Under the pieces are notes generated by a model that was not told where the DNA came from, did no database searches, and was given only the letters and a program-made list of their open reading frames with translations. This document shows positions 36,596 through 46,707 of a DNA stretch of 64,000 bases, in pieces. Numbering within the stretch: the stretch's first letter is position 1; every line of letters starts with the position of its first letter. The DNA is from Patescibacteria group bacterium (GTDB lineage: Bacteria; Patescibacteriota; Dojkabacteria; J137): positions 761,352-825,351 of the forward strand of contig BOLA01000001.1 of the NCBI GenBank assembly GCA_016861265.1. The letters run 5' to 3'. The position numbers were made by a program, and so were the translations under genes.

Positions 36596-38896
36596 TTAGT
36601 CCTTAGGAGTAGGTTCAAAATATTCACTGTCTTCTGCAGTGGGGGTTGCTTCTGTCTGAACGCTAGTCTGCTCAGTAGCTTGGCTAGATTGTCCATATAA
36701 TTCCGGATACATTTTTCTTAACTCCTCCTCATTCTCTTGGGGTTGAGGAGTAACATATTCAGCTGTTTGAGGCTGAGTTAAATTTGCATCTGGAGTATTT
36801 GTTGGTAAGATTGCCTCGTCGACTATCTTAGGTTCTACAAATACTTCGGGTTCATTGTTAGTTTTTATATTTGTTGAGGTGCCTCCACTATATGCGTTAA
36901 CTATATTTTGACTTAGGTTTGGATTTGTGTTGAATTGTACAGGTGAACTCTCGTTATTCGCATTGGTCGAAGGTTCAGGTTGCCTAGGTATAAATTTATT
37001 AATTTTACTAGATAAATTTTTAAATGTGTCTGAAACTGAACTGCTTTCCTTCTTAGGCTTTACTTCTCCTATTTGTTTTGTCGTTTCTGGTGGTACTGCG
37101 ACTGGTTGAACAGGTGCTGGTGAACTTTGTCTTGAATTAAAACTATAGTTATCCATAAAGTCATTGAAACTTTTAGGCTGATTAACCATAGGAACAGGCC
37201 CAGGAGTTTGGGAGTTATTGCTTGTTTGCATTGGAGGTTCAGTTCCATACGTCGGCATTTTTATCTCTGGTTCACTAAACGTAACACTTGCTTGGGGGTA
37301 AGCATAAGTCGATGGGTTTCCTGGTTTCTGGATCTGTTGATTTGAAGCCTTTAATTTTCTTTTTGAATAGCTTATAAAAACCCAAGGAAGACCAACTAGT
37401 ACAATTAGTAAAAAGACAATTATTAATATTATTACTACTGCACTGTTTCCTGAACTTGTATTTGTCGAATTAGTTGGTGTTTCGGTCTTCTTTTCTTGTA
37501 TTTCGAATTTACTTTCGTAAGTTCCTGTATTACCATTTAAATCTTTAATTTCTGCTGTGATTGAGTAACTTCCCACTGTCAAAGTACTCTTTATTGTACA
37601 TTGAAACCCGGCTTCGTTTTTTATACAGTCTTGACTTATATCATTATTATTAATGCTTAGTTTAAATGTCTCGGAATCTATTTCTTCGCCCACAGCTGCA
37701 GCAAAATCTCCGGTAATATTTAGTGGACTTTCAGTAAGAACTTTTTCATTCTCCGGTTTTACATTTAATATTAGAGGTTTTTTCTCTTCTATTTCTTCTG
37801 GAGCATTCTTTATGCTAAATGGCTTAGATACTTTGGCAACAACTTCGTCTTTATTATCTTTTACCTTTATTTGAATATAATATTTGCCGTCTACAATTGA
37901 ACTAACGTCCCATGAATATCTAGCAAAACTATCTTCACTCTTAGTAATTATTTCTGTCCAGTTTTCAAGATCTGAGGAATAGTTAAGTGTTATATCTTTT
38001 ACTCCGTCAGGATCATAAATGGACCATTCAATAAAGTTCTGAGTTCCAGTCAATTCTGCATTCTCCTTTGGATTTGTAATACTTATTTGGGAAGGTATGT
38101 TTTCAGGTTCTGAGGGTTTTTCCGGTTCACTAGGAGTGTTATCGATAGGGTTTGCTACTCTACCTCTCTCTACTCTAATAGTAAACTCCTGCATTGTCGT
38201 TCCGCTTATTCCGTCATCGACTCCAACTACAACTCTGTATTCGGCAATATTAATCCCATCACTTATTCTAGAGGCATTTTCTTTTGATTTTATTAACCCA
38301 GTCTGCGGATTTATTTCCAAAAAGTCTGGTGCAAATACAAGATAGTATTTTAATTTATCGTTATCGACATCTGAAGATTTTATTTGGTATTGCCAATTTT
38401 CAGATTCATTTATTGTAAGGTTTGCAGGCGTAGATGATATTGTCGGTAATTTATTAACATTCACTATTGTAATAACTCTTGCATTACAAACTGAATAATA
38501 CGCATCTGTATTTTTAAATGCTGAACATATTTGCAAACAATAGTTTCCATCGTTTAAACTTTGCGTTGAAATTGTTTTATGAGTATCCCAACTTATTTTA
38601 TTATTGCTACTATTGCTTGAATTACTAGCTGAGTTTGGATTAATTCTTCCGTATGATGTAGTTTTACAGGTAGCTCCATCTAGAAGCTGAATATAATAAG
38701 GTATAGACGTTTGATCATCATCAAAAGCTGTCCATTCAATATTTATGGTCCCACCAACTTTAGTGTTGGGTGCAGGTGTTACTAATTTAAATATATCATC
38801 TGCATCTGCAAAACTTTCAGCAGTAAGGTGCTGAATAGGAACTAATAGAAAGGTTATTAGCAGAGCTATGTATATAAATTTTTTCATCAATATCAA
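36596..38896 (-). CDS. Large surface protein: signal peptide, Ig-like or beta-rich ectodomain, single TM, long Pro/Ser/Thr/Gln-rich disordered cytoplasmic tail
   Basis: 766 aa. TM at VVIILIIVFLLIVLVGLPWVFISY. Tail of low complexity. Confidence 0.55.
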   Translation of the reverse strand: MILMKKFIYIALLITFLLVPIQHLTAESFADADDIFKLVTPAPNTKVGGTINIEWTAFDDDQTSIPYYIQLLDGATCKTTSYGRINPNSASNSSNSSNNKISWDTHKTISTQSLNDGNYCLQICSAFKNTDAYYSVCNARVITIVNVNKLPTISSTPANLTINESENWQYQIKSSDVDNDKLKYYLVFAPDFLEINPQTGLIKSKENASRISDGINIAEYRVVVGVDDGISGTTMQEFTIRVERGRVANPIDNTPSEPEKPSEPENIPSQISITNPKENAELTGTQNFIEWSIYDPDGVKDITLNYSSDLENWTEIITKSEDSFARYSWDVSSIVDGKYYIQIKVKDNKDEVVAKVSKPFSIKNAPEEIEEKKPLILNVKPENEKVLTESPLNITGDFAAAVGEEIDSETFKLSINNNDISQDCIKNEAGFQCTIKSTLTVGSYSITAEIKDLNGNTGTYESKFEIQEKKTETPTNSTNTSSGNSAVVIILIIVFLLIVLVGLPWVFISYSKRKLKASNQQIQKPGNPSTYAYPQASVTFSEPEIKMPTYGTEPPMQTSNNSQTPGPVPMVNQPKSFNDFMDNYSFNSRQSSPAPVQPVAVPPETTKQIGEVKPKKESSSVSDTFKNLSSKINKFIPRQPEPSTNANNESSPVQFNTNPNLSQNIVNAYSGGTSTNIKTNNEPEVFVEPKIVDEAILPTNTPDANLTQPQTAEYVTPQPQENEEELRKMYPELYGQSSQATEQTSVQTEATPTAEDSEYFEPTPKD

Positions 38897-40392
38897 ATCT
38901 GGCCTTTATTGGTTATTATGGTTTGTACAGATGTCTGCAATTGAGTTACTTGTGATTGATTAGTCAATCCGCTACTGTTAATAATATTACCAAATTCTTC
39001 TCTTACTTTTGTTCCGTTAACCATATACCAGCTTAAAGCGTAAGGTAAAGATTCATTGTAAACACTTAAATCAGGATCTGTTTGTAGTATTTGTGCCATA
39101 TCCTTTCTTGGGTATAATAGACCAAAAGATTCAGTTGCTGTTTCAATATTTTCACTCAATTTTCTTAATTGTTCTGGTTGAGTTAGCCACTTCAAGAAGT
39201 CCCACGCATATGCAGCATTGCCTCTTGAATCAGAAACCATTGCTCCCCAGTAATCAGCAAAGTTAATAATATCTTGGCTTTGTCCTGTGATTTGAGGAAT
39301 CTGGGAGACTCCAATATTTAGATTAATATTGTAAGCTTTATTGTATTTTAATATATCTCTGTATCTATAGCTGGTTGCTGCAATCATTGCTACTTTACTT
39401 TCTAAGAATGCAGCAGAATCATTCTGCATAGCTGTGTTCCAAGTGTTGTTTCCATCTTTTTGAAAACTCTGGAAGTATTGTACCGCAGGTGCCGCTTCGT
39501 TATATGTTCCGAAAACAGCTTGATTTTGATCATTTAGAATTTGCACACCATTTTGAAGTAGCAGAATATTTGCTAGTTCAAAACCAAATGATACATTACT
39601 AGTGTTGCCTGCTGCAAAGCCTGCAACTTTAATAGTAGATCCTTCTTTTGAGGTTAATGCCTGCGCCTGTTTTTTAAATTCAACCCAATTGGTGGATGGT
39701 TGCTGAATGGACTTGGAAGATAGTATGTCTTTATTATAAAGAATAGCTAGTGTGTCCATCCACAATGGTACGCCATAAACATTCTTGCCATCATTTGCAA
39801 AGTCTGTGGACGCAGCAGGGTAAAAAATACTGTTAAATGTAGCATAGTCCATATTTGTACTAGCTTTGGAATATTTTTCGTAATCTCCCACCCAGCTATT
39901 ATTTACCATGAATATATCTGGAATATTAACACTGTCATTTTCCCTAAGTACTCTATTTATTTCACTTTTATAAATTTGAGATGCATCTTTAAAACTTCCG
40001 TCTGGCCACTTATCCGCATATTCAATTTTTACGTTAGGATTTAATGTTTCGTAATCACTGATTAAGCTTTCCATTGCTTCTGCAGGTAAGAATGCGCCTC
40101 TAAATTGTAGGCTTACATTCTTTGTTGTATTAGTCGTATTGTTCGTAGAAGTATTATTGTTTCGGCTTGTTAGAGATAATAATAGAATTATCAGTAAAAT
40201 TACCCCAAACACAATAAGGCCAATGATCAAAAATTTTCTGTTTCCTGCTAATGGACTGGCAGGTGTAGTTGTGGTCGTAGTTGTTGTAACTTCCTGGTAC
40301 GGTTGCTGGGGTTGTTCGTAATAATATGGTGCTGGCTGTGGAACTCCCATGTCGGGCGATGGCATATTATTGTAATTATTTGGATTAGACAT
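38893..40392 (-). CDS. Membrane-anchored extracellular solute-binding protein (ABC-transporter SBP family-1-like)
   Basis: Pro/Gln/Thr-rich N-terminus, TM anchor, then a two-lobe SBP-like domain of about 400 aa. Confidence 0.55.
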   Translation of the reverse strand: MSNPNNYNNMPSPDMGVPQPAPYYYEQPQQPYQEVTTTTTTTTPASPLAGNRKFLIIGLIVFGVILLIILLLSLTSRNNNTSTNNTTNTTKNVSLQFRGAFLPAEAMESLISDYETLNPNVKIEYADKWPDGSFKDASQIYKSEINRVLRENDSVNIPDIFMVNNSWVGDYEKYSKASTNMDYATFNSIFYPAASTDFANDGKNVYGVPLWMDTLAILYNKDILSSKSIQQPSTNWVEFKKQAQALTSKEGSTIKVAGFAAGNTSNVSFGFELANILLLQNGVQILNDQNQAVFGTYNEAAPAVQYFQSFQKDGNNTWNTAMQNDSAAFLESKVAMIAATSYRYRDILKYNKAYNINLNIGVSQIPQITGQSQDIINFADYWGAMVSDSRGNAAYAWDFLKWLTQPEQLRKLSENIETATESFGLLYPRKDMAQILQTDPDLSVYNESLPYALSWYMVNGTKVREEFGNIINSSGLTNQSQVTQLQTSVQTIITNKGQI

Positions 40393-40542
40393 AGTGCTTG
40401 TTTATATAACTATCTAAAGTTTAAATCATTATCACCTATTTTTAAATTGAATAAAAGGTTCAATTTATATGAATTATTTTGGGGAATCTTCATATTTTAA
40501 TAATATTCAACTATACTTACATTGATATCTTAAAAAAAACTT

Positions 40543-41808
40543 ATGGCCACATTATATGAATCTGCTGGTACCGCTAGAAAAGCAGTTCTTGGTTTTGTAA
40601 TTTTTGCAGTACTTGTAATAGCATGGGAAGGGATCTCGAGTCTTTTCACTAAACAGCCTGGTGGCACCAGTCCACAATTCAGTTACTATATTCCAGCAGA
40701 TCTAGCACTAAAAAATGTTCCGCCTGTTTCTATTGACCCTATAAAAATTAGTACAGATATTACTCCAACTTATTCAATTGATAGAATAAGCAACCAATTA
40801 GTGAGTAAATTCCCCGATACTGCATATGTATATAAAATCGAGGAGCCTCGAGAAAAGCTAACAACAGTGGAAGATGCTGTAAAGACTGCTAAAACCTTAG
40901 GCTTCGATAGCGAATGTATCTCGGAAGATCAATACTTTGGAACCGATCCTAAAGCCAATAGATGCACCTATAAAGATGAACAATACACCTGGGTAGCATC
41001 TGAAGGAACTAAAACCCTAACATTCAATAAAACTACACAAGTCTGGGATTTAGCAACTGATTACTTTAACAATATTAACGTAAAGACTCTTGGTAATCTA
41101 AATTCAAACCTAAACGATTACATTAACATTGGTGCAAGTATTGTAAGCAGGCTCGGTTTTTCAAATGGTTTTGGTTTGGAATCTCCTTATGTTGAATATA
41201 TTCCTGCAGATCTAAACAATGCGGGAGCATTTTTTAAGCCTGAAAGAGATACTCAAGCTAGATTTGTTTTTGTTCAAGTGTTTAGAAATTTGCTTTTGGC
41301 CCAACCAAAATCAAAAACAGATCTAGAAAAAATAACTACAGATAAAGAAGTTTTAAATAATATACCTGCTCCACTTAATGGTAATGTTTATAGCTCTGAT
41401 CCTAGAGAAGGACAAGTAAGAATGATTGTTGGTAACAACGGTTCTCAAATTCCTAGAGATGTTTTCAGTATGAAGTTTACAGATTATGAGTATGCTACTA
41501 GAGGGGTTACCAAAGGAGTCTACCCTATTATTAATTTAACGGAAGCTTGGACAAAAGCTTCATCTGGCAAAGGTTTTCTAGTATACTTACTACCTGAAAA
41601 CGGTAATCCATTAGAAACCTATAGTAACCTGCAAGTAAGGAGCTTTATTGCTGATGCAACAAAAACTACTTTGGGTTATTATGAACGTGATACTTGGAAT
41701 GGTTTTGTGTCACCTATATTTATTTTTAAAGGTAGAGCCGTTCTAGAAGATGGCAGACAAGCCAGCTTTACTATTTTTGTTGATGCATTAAAAAGATTAG
41801 AATCTTAA
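40543..41808 (+). CDS. Hypothetical secreted or membrane-anchored protein (421 aa)
   Basis: N-terminal TM (AVLGFVIFAVLVIAW) then a beta-rich domain. Confidence 0.5.
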   Translation: MATLYESAGTARKAVLGFVIFAVLVIAWEGISSLFTKQPGGTSPQFSYYIPADLALKNVPPVSIDPIKISTDITPTYSIDRISNQLVSKFPDTAYVYKIEEPREKLTTVEDAVKTAKTLGFDSECISEDQYFGTDPKANRCTYKDEQYTWVASEGTKTLTFNKTTQVWDLATDYFNNINVKTLGNLNSNLNDYINIGASIVSRLGFSNGFGLESPYVEYIPADLNNAGAFFKPERDTQARFVFVQVFRNLLLAQPKSKTDLEKITTDKEVLNNIPAPLNGNVYSSDPREGQVRMIVGNNGSQIPRDVFSMKFTDYEYATRGVTKGVYPIINLTEAWTKASSGKGFLVYLLPENGNPLETYSNLQVRSFIADATKTTLGYYERDTWNGFVSPIFIFKGRAVLEDGRQASFTIFVDALKRLES

Positions 41809-41811
41809 TCT

Positions 41812-43311
41812 ATGAATAAAATAAAAGTAATATTAATTGTTTTGATTTTAGTTCCAGTTGTTTCGGTTATTCTCCCTTCTAATTCTGTGTTTAATAATAA
41901 ATTATGTGCTGCCGTTGAAGTAAACAGAGGGAATGCATGTATTGATAATACGACAGTATGTCCAAGCGGCTATACAGTTGCTGCTGACTACTTTTCTGGT
42001 GCTACCCTAACTCAGATGAGAGCTAATCAGGTGTCTGCCGCTTTTGCATCTACATACGGACAAGATTCGCTCAGAACAATGTGTATAAGAAGCAACTTTA
42101 GAACTATTATTCCTGTATACACTGCAACGGGTCGAGTGGATGCTGGTTCAGGAGGACAAAATATTCAGGCAATATCCGAATCAGGATCGCCGGCGCTAGA
42201 TACTGTTAGAGTTGCTAGAGCCTGTCCATCTGGTTGGCATGCAGATCAAGGCAATTATTCATTAGCAACATTAGGAATTGAAATTACTTCATGGAGGGAA
42301 CCTTGGGGTTGCTGTCCGTCTGGATATAACTTTATTAACACTAAGAATCAAACATTCCCAGATGGCTATCAGGTTGGTGTTTGTGCTAAATCAAGAATAA
42401 ATGGAGGTATACCGGATTACTTAGAAACTGAAGGACATAATGCGGGTAATGGAATTTACGATGCTGCGGGTAACTTACTAGTGGCTTTTCCCGCCAACGA
42501 TGGATATAGTCAGTTTTCCTCTTGGGCAGATCTGGAGGCAGCTGTAGGAACAGCCGATTTTATATACTCCTATACAACCAATGAGGGTAATATTGTACAA
42601 CCTGTAGTCGGTCAAGGATTAGGAGTAAGATTCAAAGATTTAAATCTAGACGGTCAAGAACCTAGAGTTAGAACAGGGCCTCCACCAACAGGTGCTACAA
42701 AAAAGTGTCCTTCTAATTCTGCATGTGCGATTATTGGAGATGGAAACGATATTAATGCTGTTATTCCGGCAAGTAGGTTAGAGCAAGCAGGAAACGCCGA
42801 TTCTTGCAGTAAATGTTTTACGGCAGGTGATACAATCGGTACCTCCACTGCTGCTTCTGGTTCTACCGACAACCCCGACACTGACATCGACGAAAGTGTT
42901 GGATTTGTTCGTTATTGTAATGCCGATGGAACTTTTAGAGATGAAACACTCTTAGGAACCCCAGATATTACTAAGGGTTATCTATTAGAAGATTCAACAA
43001 ATAAAGCATTATACGATCAGTGTTTTAGTACAGGTGGAATATATACAGCAATTGGTTGTATTGACCCTACTCCCACTGGAATTATTACCGGTTTAATTAG
43101 AATTGCATTAGGAGTTATGGGCGGCGTTGCTCTACTTCAAATGATTTATGTCGGAATTCTTTATCAACAAGGAAACACTGAGAAAATTAAGGGTGCAAGA
43201 ACACAATTAATTGCTACATTAACCGGAGTAGCTGTATTGGTATTCAGCGTGCTAATATTAAGAATAATAGGAGTTAATGTCCTAGACGTATTATCAGTAG
43301 GTAGCGTTTAA
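41812..43311 (+). CDS. Cys-rich secreted protein with a C-terminal double-TM hairpin (VirB2/TrbC-pilin-like C-terminus)
   Basis: Signal peptide, about 20 Cys, then C-terminal GIITGLIRIALGVMGGVALLQMIYVG ... LIATLTGVAVLVFSVLILRIIG. Confidence 0.45.
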   Translation: MNKIKVILIVLILVPVVSVILPSNSVFNNKLCAAVEVNRGNACIDNTTVCPSGYTVAADYFSGATLTQMRANQVSAAFASTYGQDSLRTMCIRSNFRTIIPVYTATGRVDAGSGGQNIQAISESGSPALDTVRVARACPSGWHADQGNYSLATLGIEITSWREPWGCCPSGYNFINTKNQTFPDGYQVGVCAKSRINGGIPDYLETEGHNAGNGIYDAAGNLLVAFPANDGYSQFSSWADLEAAVGTADFIYSYTTNEGNIVQPVVGQGLGVRFKDLNLDGQEPRVRTGPPPTGATKKCPSNSACAIIGDGNDINAVIPASRLEQAGNADSCSKCFTAGDTIGTSTAASGSTDNPDTDIDESVGFVRYCNADGTFRDETLLGTPDITKGYLLEDSTNKALYDQCFSTGGIYTAIGCIDPTPTGIITGLIRIALGVMGGVALLQMIYVGILYQQGNTEKIKGARTQLIATLTGVAVLVFSVLILRIIGVNVLDVLSVGSV

Positions 43312-43312
43312 A

Positions 43313-45124
43313 ATGAATTTCAAAACTTTTGCACAATTTCTTTCTGAGCTAGAAAATATTAGTAGTCGTACACAAATGACTATTACTACTGCAGATTTTA
43401 TAAAGCAGCTTGATTCAACTAGTGTAAAGCCGGCAATGTATTTACTGCAAGGCAGACTAGCACCCAAGTATATTCCGTTGGAATTCAACTTTTCACTAAA
43501 ATTAATAATTAAATCACTATCTCAAGCTATAGCAGAAGAAACCATTCTTAATCTATACAAGTCCAAAGGTGATGTAGGCTTAATGGTAGAAGAATTATTA
43601 TCTAACTGGGAAAAATATACCGATCACTCTAATAAACTTGGTATTAATAATTATGAATACAAACCCAAGGAAAAAAATATCTCGATTGTGTTCGAAGAAC
43701 TTAATACTATAGCTACCGCTAGTGGAGCTGGTTCTCAAGAAAAGAAGATGTCTGCGTACCTAAGCTTAGTTTTATCTGTTGATCCGATGAGTGCAAAGTA
43801 TATATCTAGAATTATTGTGGGTGCCTTAAGGATTGGGATGAGTGAAAAAACATTGTTAGATGCTATGTCCTGGGCAATAACTGGAGATAAATCCTTAAGA
43901 AAAGATTTGGACATTGCATTTGGCTATAGAGCTGATATTGGTGAGCTGGCTAAAATACTAGTAGATAACAAATTTAACGATTTAGAAGATAAGCTTGAAC
44001 ACATAAAACTTAATCCTGGAACACCGGTGGCATCTAAATTAGTTGAAAGAGAATCCTCGCCTGAAGCGGTCTGGGCTAGAATGCCGGAATGCTTTGTACA
44101 GCCTAAACTAGATGGATTAAGAGGACAAATTCACTTCGATAGAGCTAAAAATATTGTAGAAATTTATAGCCGAAATATGGAAAACATGACTGCTCAATAT
44201 CCTGAAATTGTGCATTCTGTAAAGGAACTAGATGTAGACTCAATAATTCTAGATTCAGAAATAATAGGATTTAACGAAGAGACAATGGCCTATAGCAGAT
44301 TTCAGGACACAATGAAGCGTAAAAGAAAATTTGATATTGAAGAATTCTCTCAATCGATTCCAGTAAAAGCTATGTGTTTTGATTGTTTGTATTTAAACGG
44401 ACAGGATTTAACTTCCATGACATTAGAGGAACGAATTCAAAATCTAAAAAATGCTCTAGCTAAGCCAACAAAAGGTTTAGCAATATTAGAAACCACTCAA
44501 ATGCATTCAGAAGAAGAACTAGCTAAATATTTTAGAGAAAAAGTAGAAGCAGGACTTGAAGGAATCATCACAAAGCAATTAGGTACTAACTATGAACCTG
44601 GTACAAGAAACTTTAAATGGATAAAGCTTAAGGCTAATACGCGAAGCGACTTAGTAGATACAATAGACGTGGCTATTATTGGCTACTACATTGGTAGAGG
44701 TGATAGATCACGATTTGGATTTGGTGCATTACTTGCTGCAGCTTATAACCCGAAAGACGATAAATACTATAGTCTTGGAAAGGTTGGTAGTGGATTTACT
44801 GAGGAACAGATGGAGCAAATGTTTAAGGATATGTCCGAAATTAAATTGAAAGAACAGCCAGAGAATTTTGTGGTGAACTCTACCCTATACCCAGATGTTT
44901 GGATAGAGCCTAAGATTGTTGCAGAAATTGTTGCCGATGAAATTACGCGAAGTCCAAACCATACTGCTGCAATTAATTTAGAAGCAAATGTACCGGGAGA
45001 TGATTCCACTAAAGGGTTATCAATTAGATTTCCAAGAATGAAGAAATGGAAAAGAGATAAGGATTATCCAAACACGGTAGAAGAAATTGTACGAATGTAC
45101 GAATTAAGAAAACGGGTGTCTTAA
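43313..45124 (+). CDS. ATP-dependent DNA ligase (Lig1/archaeal-type, DBD-adenylation-OB architecture)
   Basis: Motif I VQPKLDGLRGQIH (KxDG), motifs III-V and an OB domain. 603 aa. Confidence 0.85.
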   Translation: MNFKTFAQFLSELENISSRTQMTITTADFIKQLDSTSVKPAMYLLQGRLAPKYIPLEFNFSLKLIIKSLSQAIAEETILNLYKSKGDVGLMVEELLSNWEKYTDHSNKLGINNYEYKPKEKNISIVFEELNTIATASGAGSQEKKMSAYLSLVLSVDPMSAKYISRIIVGALRIGMSEKTLLDAMSWAITGDKSLRKDLDIAFGYRADIGELAKILVDNKFNDLEDKLEHIKLNPGTPVASKLVERESSPEAVWARMPECFVQPKLDGLRGQIHFDRAKNIVEIYSRNMENMTAQYPEIVHSVKELDVDSIILDSEIIGFNEETMAYSRFQDTMKRKRKFDIEEFSQSIPVKAMCFDCLYLNGQDLTSMTLEERIQNLKNALAKPTKGLAILETTQMHSEEELAKYFREKVEAGLEGIITKQLGTNYEPGTRNFKWIKLKANTRSDLVDTIDVAIIGYYIGRGDRSRFGFGALLAAAYNPKDDKYYSLGKVGSGFTEEQMEQMFKDMSEIKLKEQPENFVVNSTLYPDVWIEPKIVAEIVADEITRSPNHTAAINLEANVPGDDSTKGLSIRFPRMKKWKRDKDYPNTVEEIVRMYELRKRVS

Positions 45125-45930
45125 TTGTAGAAAGCAAATATCTGGTTAGGCTTTAAAGGTGCAAAGCCTTCTGGAATTAGCTTATTGGTTAGTTTATCGG
45201 CTCCTGGTCTAATGTATTGATCCAATGCAAAATTTGGTGCATCGGTTGTCACTATTAATATTCCAGCTTCTTTTAATAATCTTTCTTGAACTTCCTTAAT
45301 TAAATCTCTATGGTCGTTAATTAAGTTAAAATCAGGCAATCGTTCTGTGTTATATGTCGATAAATCCATTATTATTAATCCCCACTTTGTTCGAGATTCT
45401 CTTGCTAACTCAATAAAATCCGAATAATTGTTTTCCCAAATCTGAGCCAAATCCATTTGATTTATTTCAAAATTCTTCTTGATTTTTTGTATGTATTTAG
45501 ACTCGTGTTCAACAACTGAAACTTCTTGTGCATTTCCAACCATTGAATAAAGTGAATTGACTCCAGTATAACCAAATAGACTTAATACTTCTCTGCCTGA
45601 TGAGTAGGTTTTTATAAGATTTCTTAATTCTAACTGACTTAAAGGTAGCCCTACACTATCGCTTTTAGGTTGAACAATAAATTTAAAATCATTTTCCACA
45701 ACAGAAACTTTATCGGGACAATCCCCAAGCAATATTGTCTTCTTTCCATCAAATACTTGCTTAACAATAATATCTGTTAGTTTAAATTCTATCTTAAATT
45801 TTTTCGAGAGTTCCTCGGCGTCAATTTGGTCAGAGTATATTTCCAACACCCCATACTCATCGTATTTGTCTAGGGTATATTCTAAGTTTTCTTCTTTTGC
45901 TAACTGTGTAAGTCTGAATGTGTTTGTCAT
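45121..45930 (-). CDS. Class I SAM-dependent methyltransferase, RlmI/RlmK-like, with atypical motif IV (DLSTY instead of DPP[FY])
   Basis: LSLFGYTGVNS (motif I) and GLIIMDLSTYN. N-terminal PUA-like region. Confidence 0.55.
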   Translation of the reverse strand: MTNTFRLTQLAKEENLEYTLDKYDEYGVLEIYSDQIDAEELSKKFKIEFKLTDIIVKQVFDGKKTILLGDCPDKVSVVENDFKFIVQPKSDSVGLPLSQLELRNLIKTYSSGREVLSLFGYTGVNSLYSMVGNAQEVSVVEHESKYIQKIKKNFEINQMDLAQIWENNYSDFIELARESRTKWGLIIMDLSTYNTERLPDFNLINDHRDLIKEVQERLLKEAGILIVTTDAPNFALDQYIRPGADKLTNKLIPEGFAPLKPNQIFAFYN

Positions 45931-45990
45931 ATATAGATTTTAACTTTATTTAGTGAATTTGTATGTAGGTAAGTGATAAAATCATTCTAT

Positions 45991-46707
45991 ATGGAAAATC
46001 TTAGAGAAACTTTACGAAATTTAATATACGGGGCAATAGGGATTATATGTACCTTTCTTGTGCTAAGAGTAATCTTTGATATTGCACAGCCAGGTGATAC
46101 GTCATTTTTAACCGTACTAATAAACTCAATATCCGATATTTTTATTTACCCATTCAAAGGAATAATAAATATTACCAATATTAATTTGGTAACTATAAAT
46201 ACAGGTGCTGTAATAGGTTTAGGAGTTTACTCTATAGGTGGTTACCTAGTAGCAAAAATAATTACAGGGTTTATGTACGATAACCTATACGATATTACCC
46301 AAAATTTTGTGGATGGTTTCTTTAAGGTGTTCGAATTCATAGTAGGTTTAAGAATTCTATTTGAGGTATTTGCAGTACTTCCATCGCTTACTTCGAGTGC
46401 ATTTGTTGATACTATTTTTAGTTGGAGTGAATGGACTCAGAGTTTGCTATTCAGAATTCCATTTGGAGATGGATACATTAATTTATCGGCCATAGCATGG
46501 TTCATAATTTTGATTATCCTAGATGTATTCTCCGGTAGATATCTTGCAAAGGTCTTAGGTGGGACTGTAGTTATTGCTAGTGCTTCAACCAGTGTAATAA
46601 GTAAATCTCGATTTAAGCTTCCGTCGTTCAGAAAACCTGCAGAAAAAATCGAAACTACTGAGAATACACCGGTTTATGTAGACATAAGCAATCCCCCAAA
46701 AGCTTAG
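45991..46707 (+). CDS. Hypothetical multi-TM membrane protein
   Basis: 6-7 predicted TM helices. The start was moved to MENLRETL. Confidence 0.45.
   Translation: MENLRETLRNLIYGAIGIICTFLVLRVIFDIAQPGDTSFLTVLINSISDIFIYPFKGIINITNINLVTINTGAVIGLGVYSIGGYLVAKIITGFMYDNLYDITQNFVDGFFKVFEFIVGLRILFEVFAVLPSLTSSAFVDTIFSWSEWTQSLLFRIPFGDGYINLSAIAWFIILIILDVFSGRYLAKVLGGTVVIASASTSVISKSRFKLPSFRKPAEKIETTENTPVYVDISNPPKA

Noticed and set aside
36281-36700. 139-aa and 78-aa plus-strand ORFs in islet B
   Set aside because: Antisense to the membrane-protein ORF. A high-GC chance frame.
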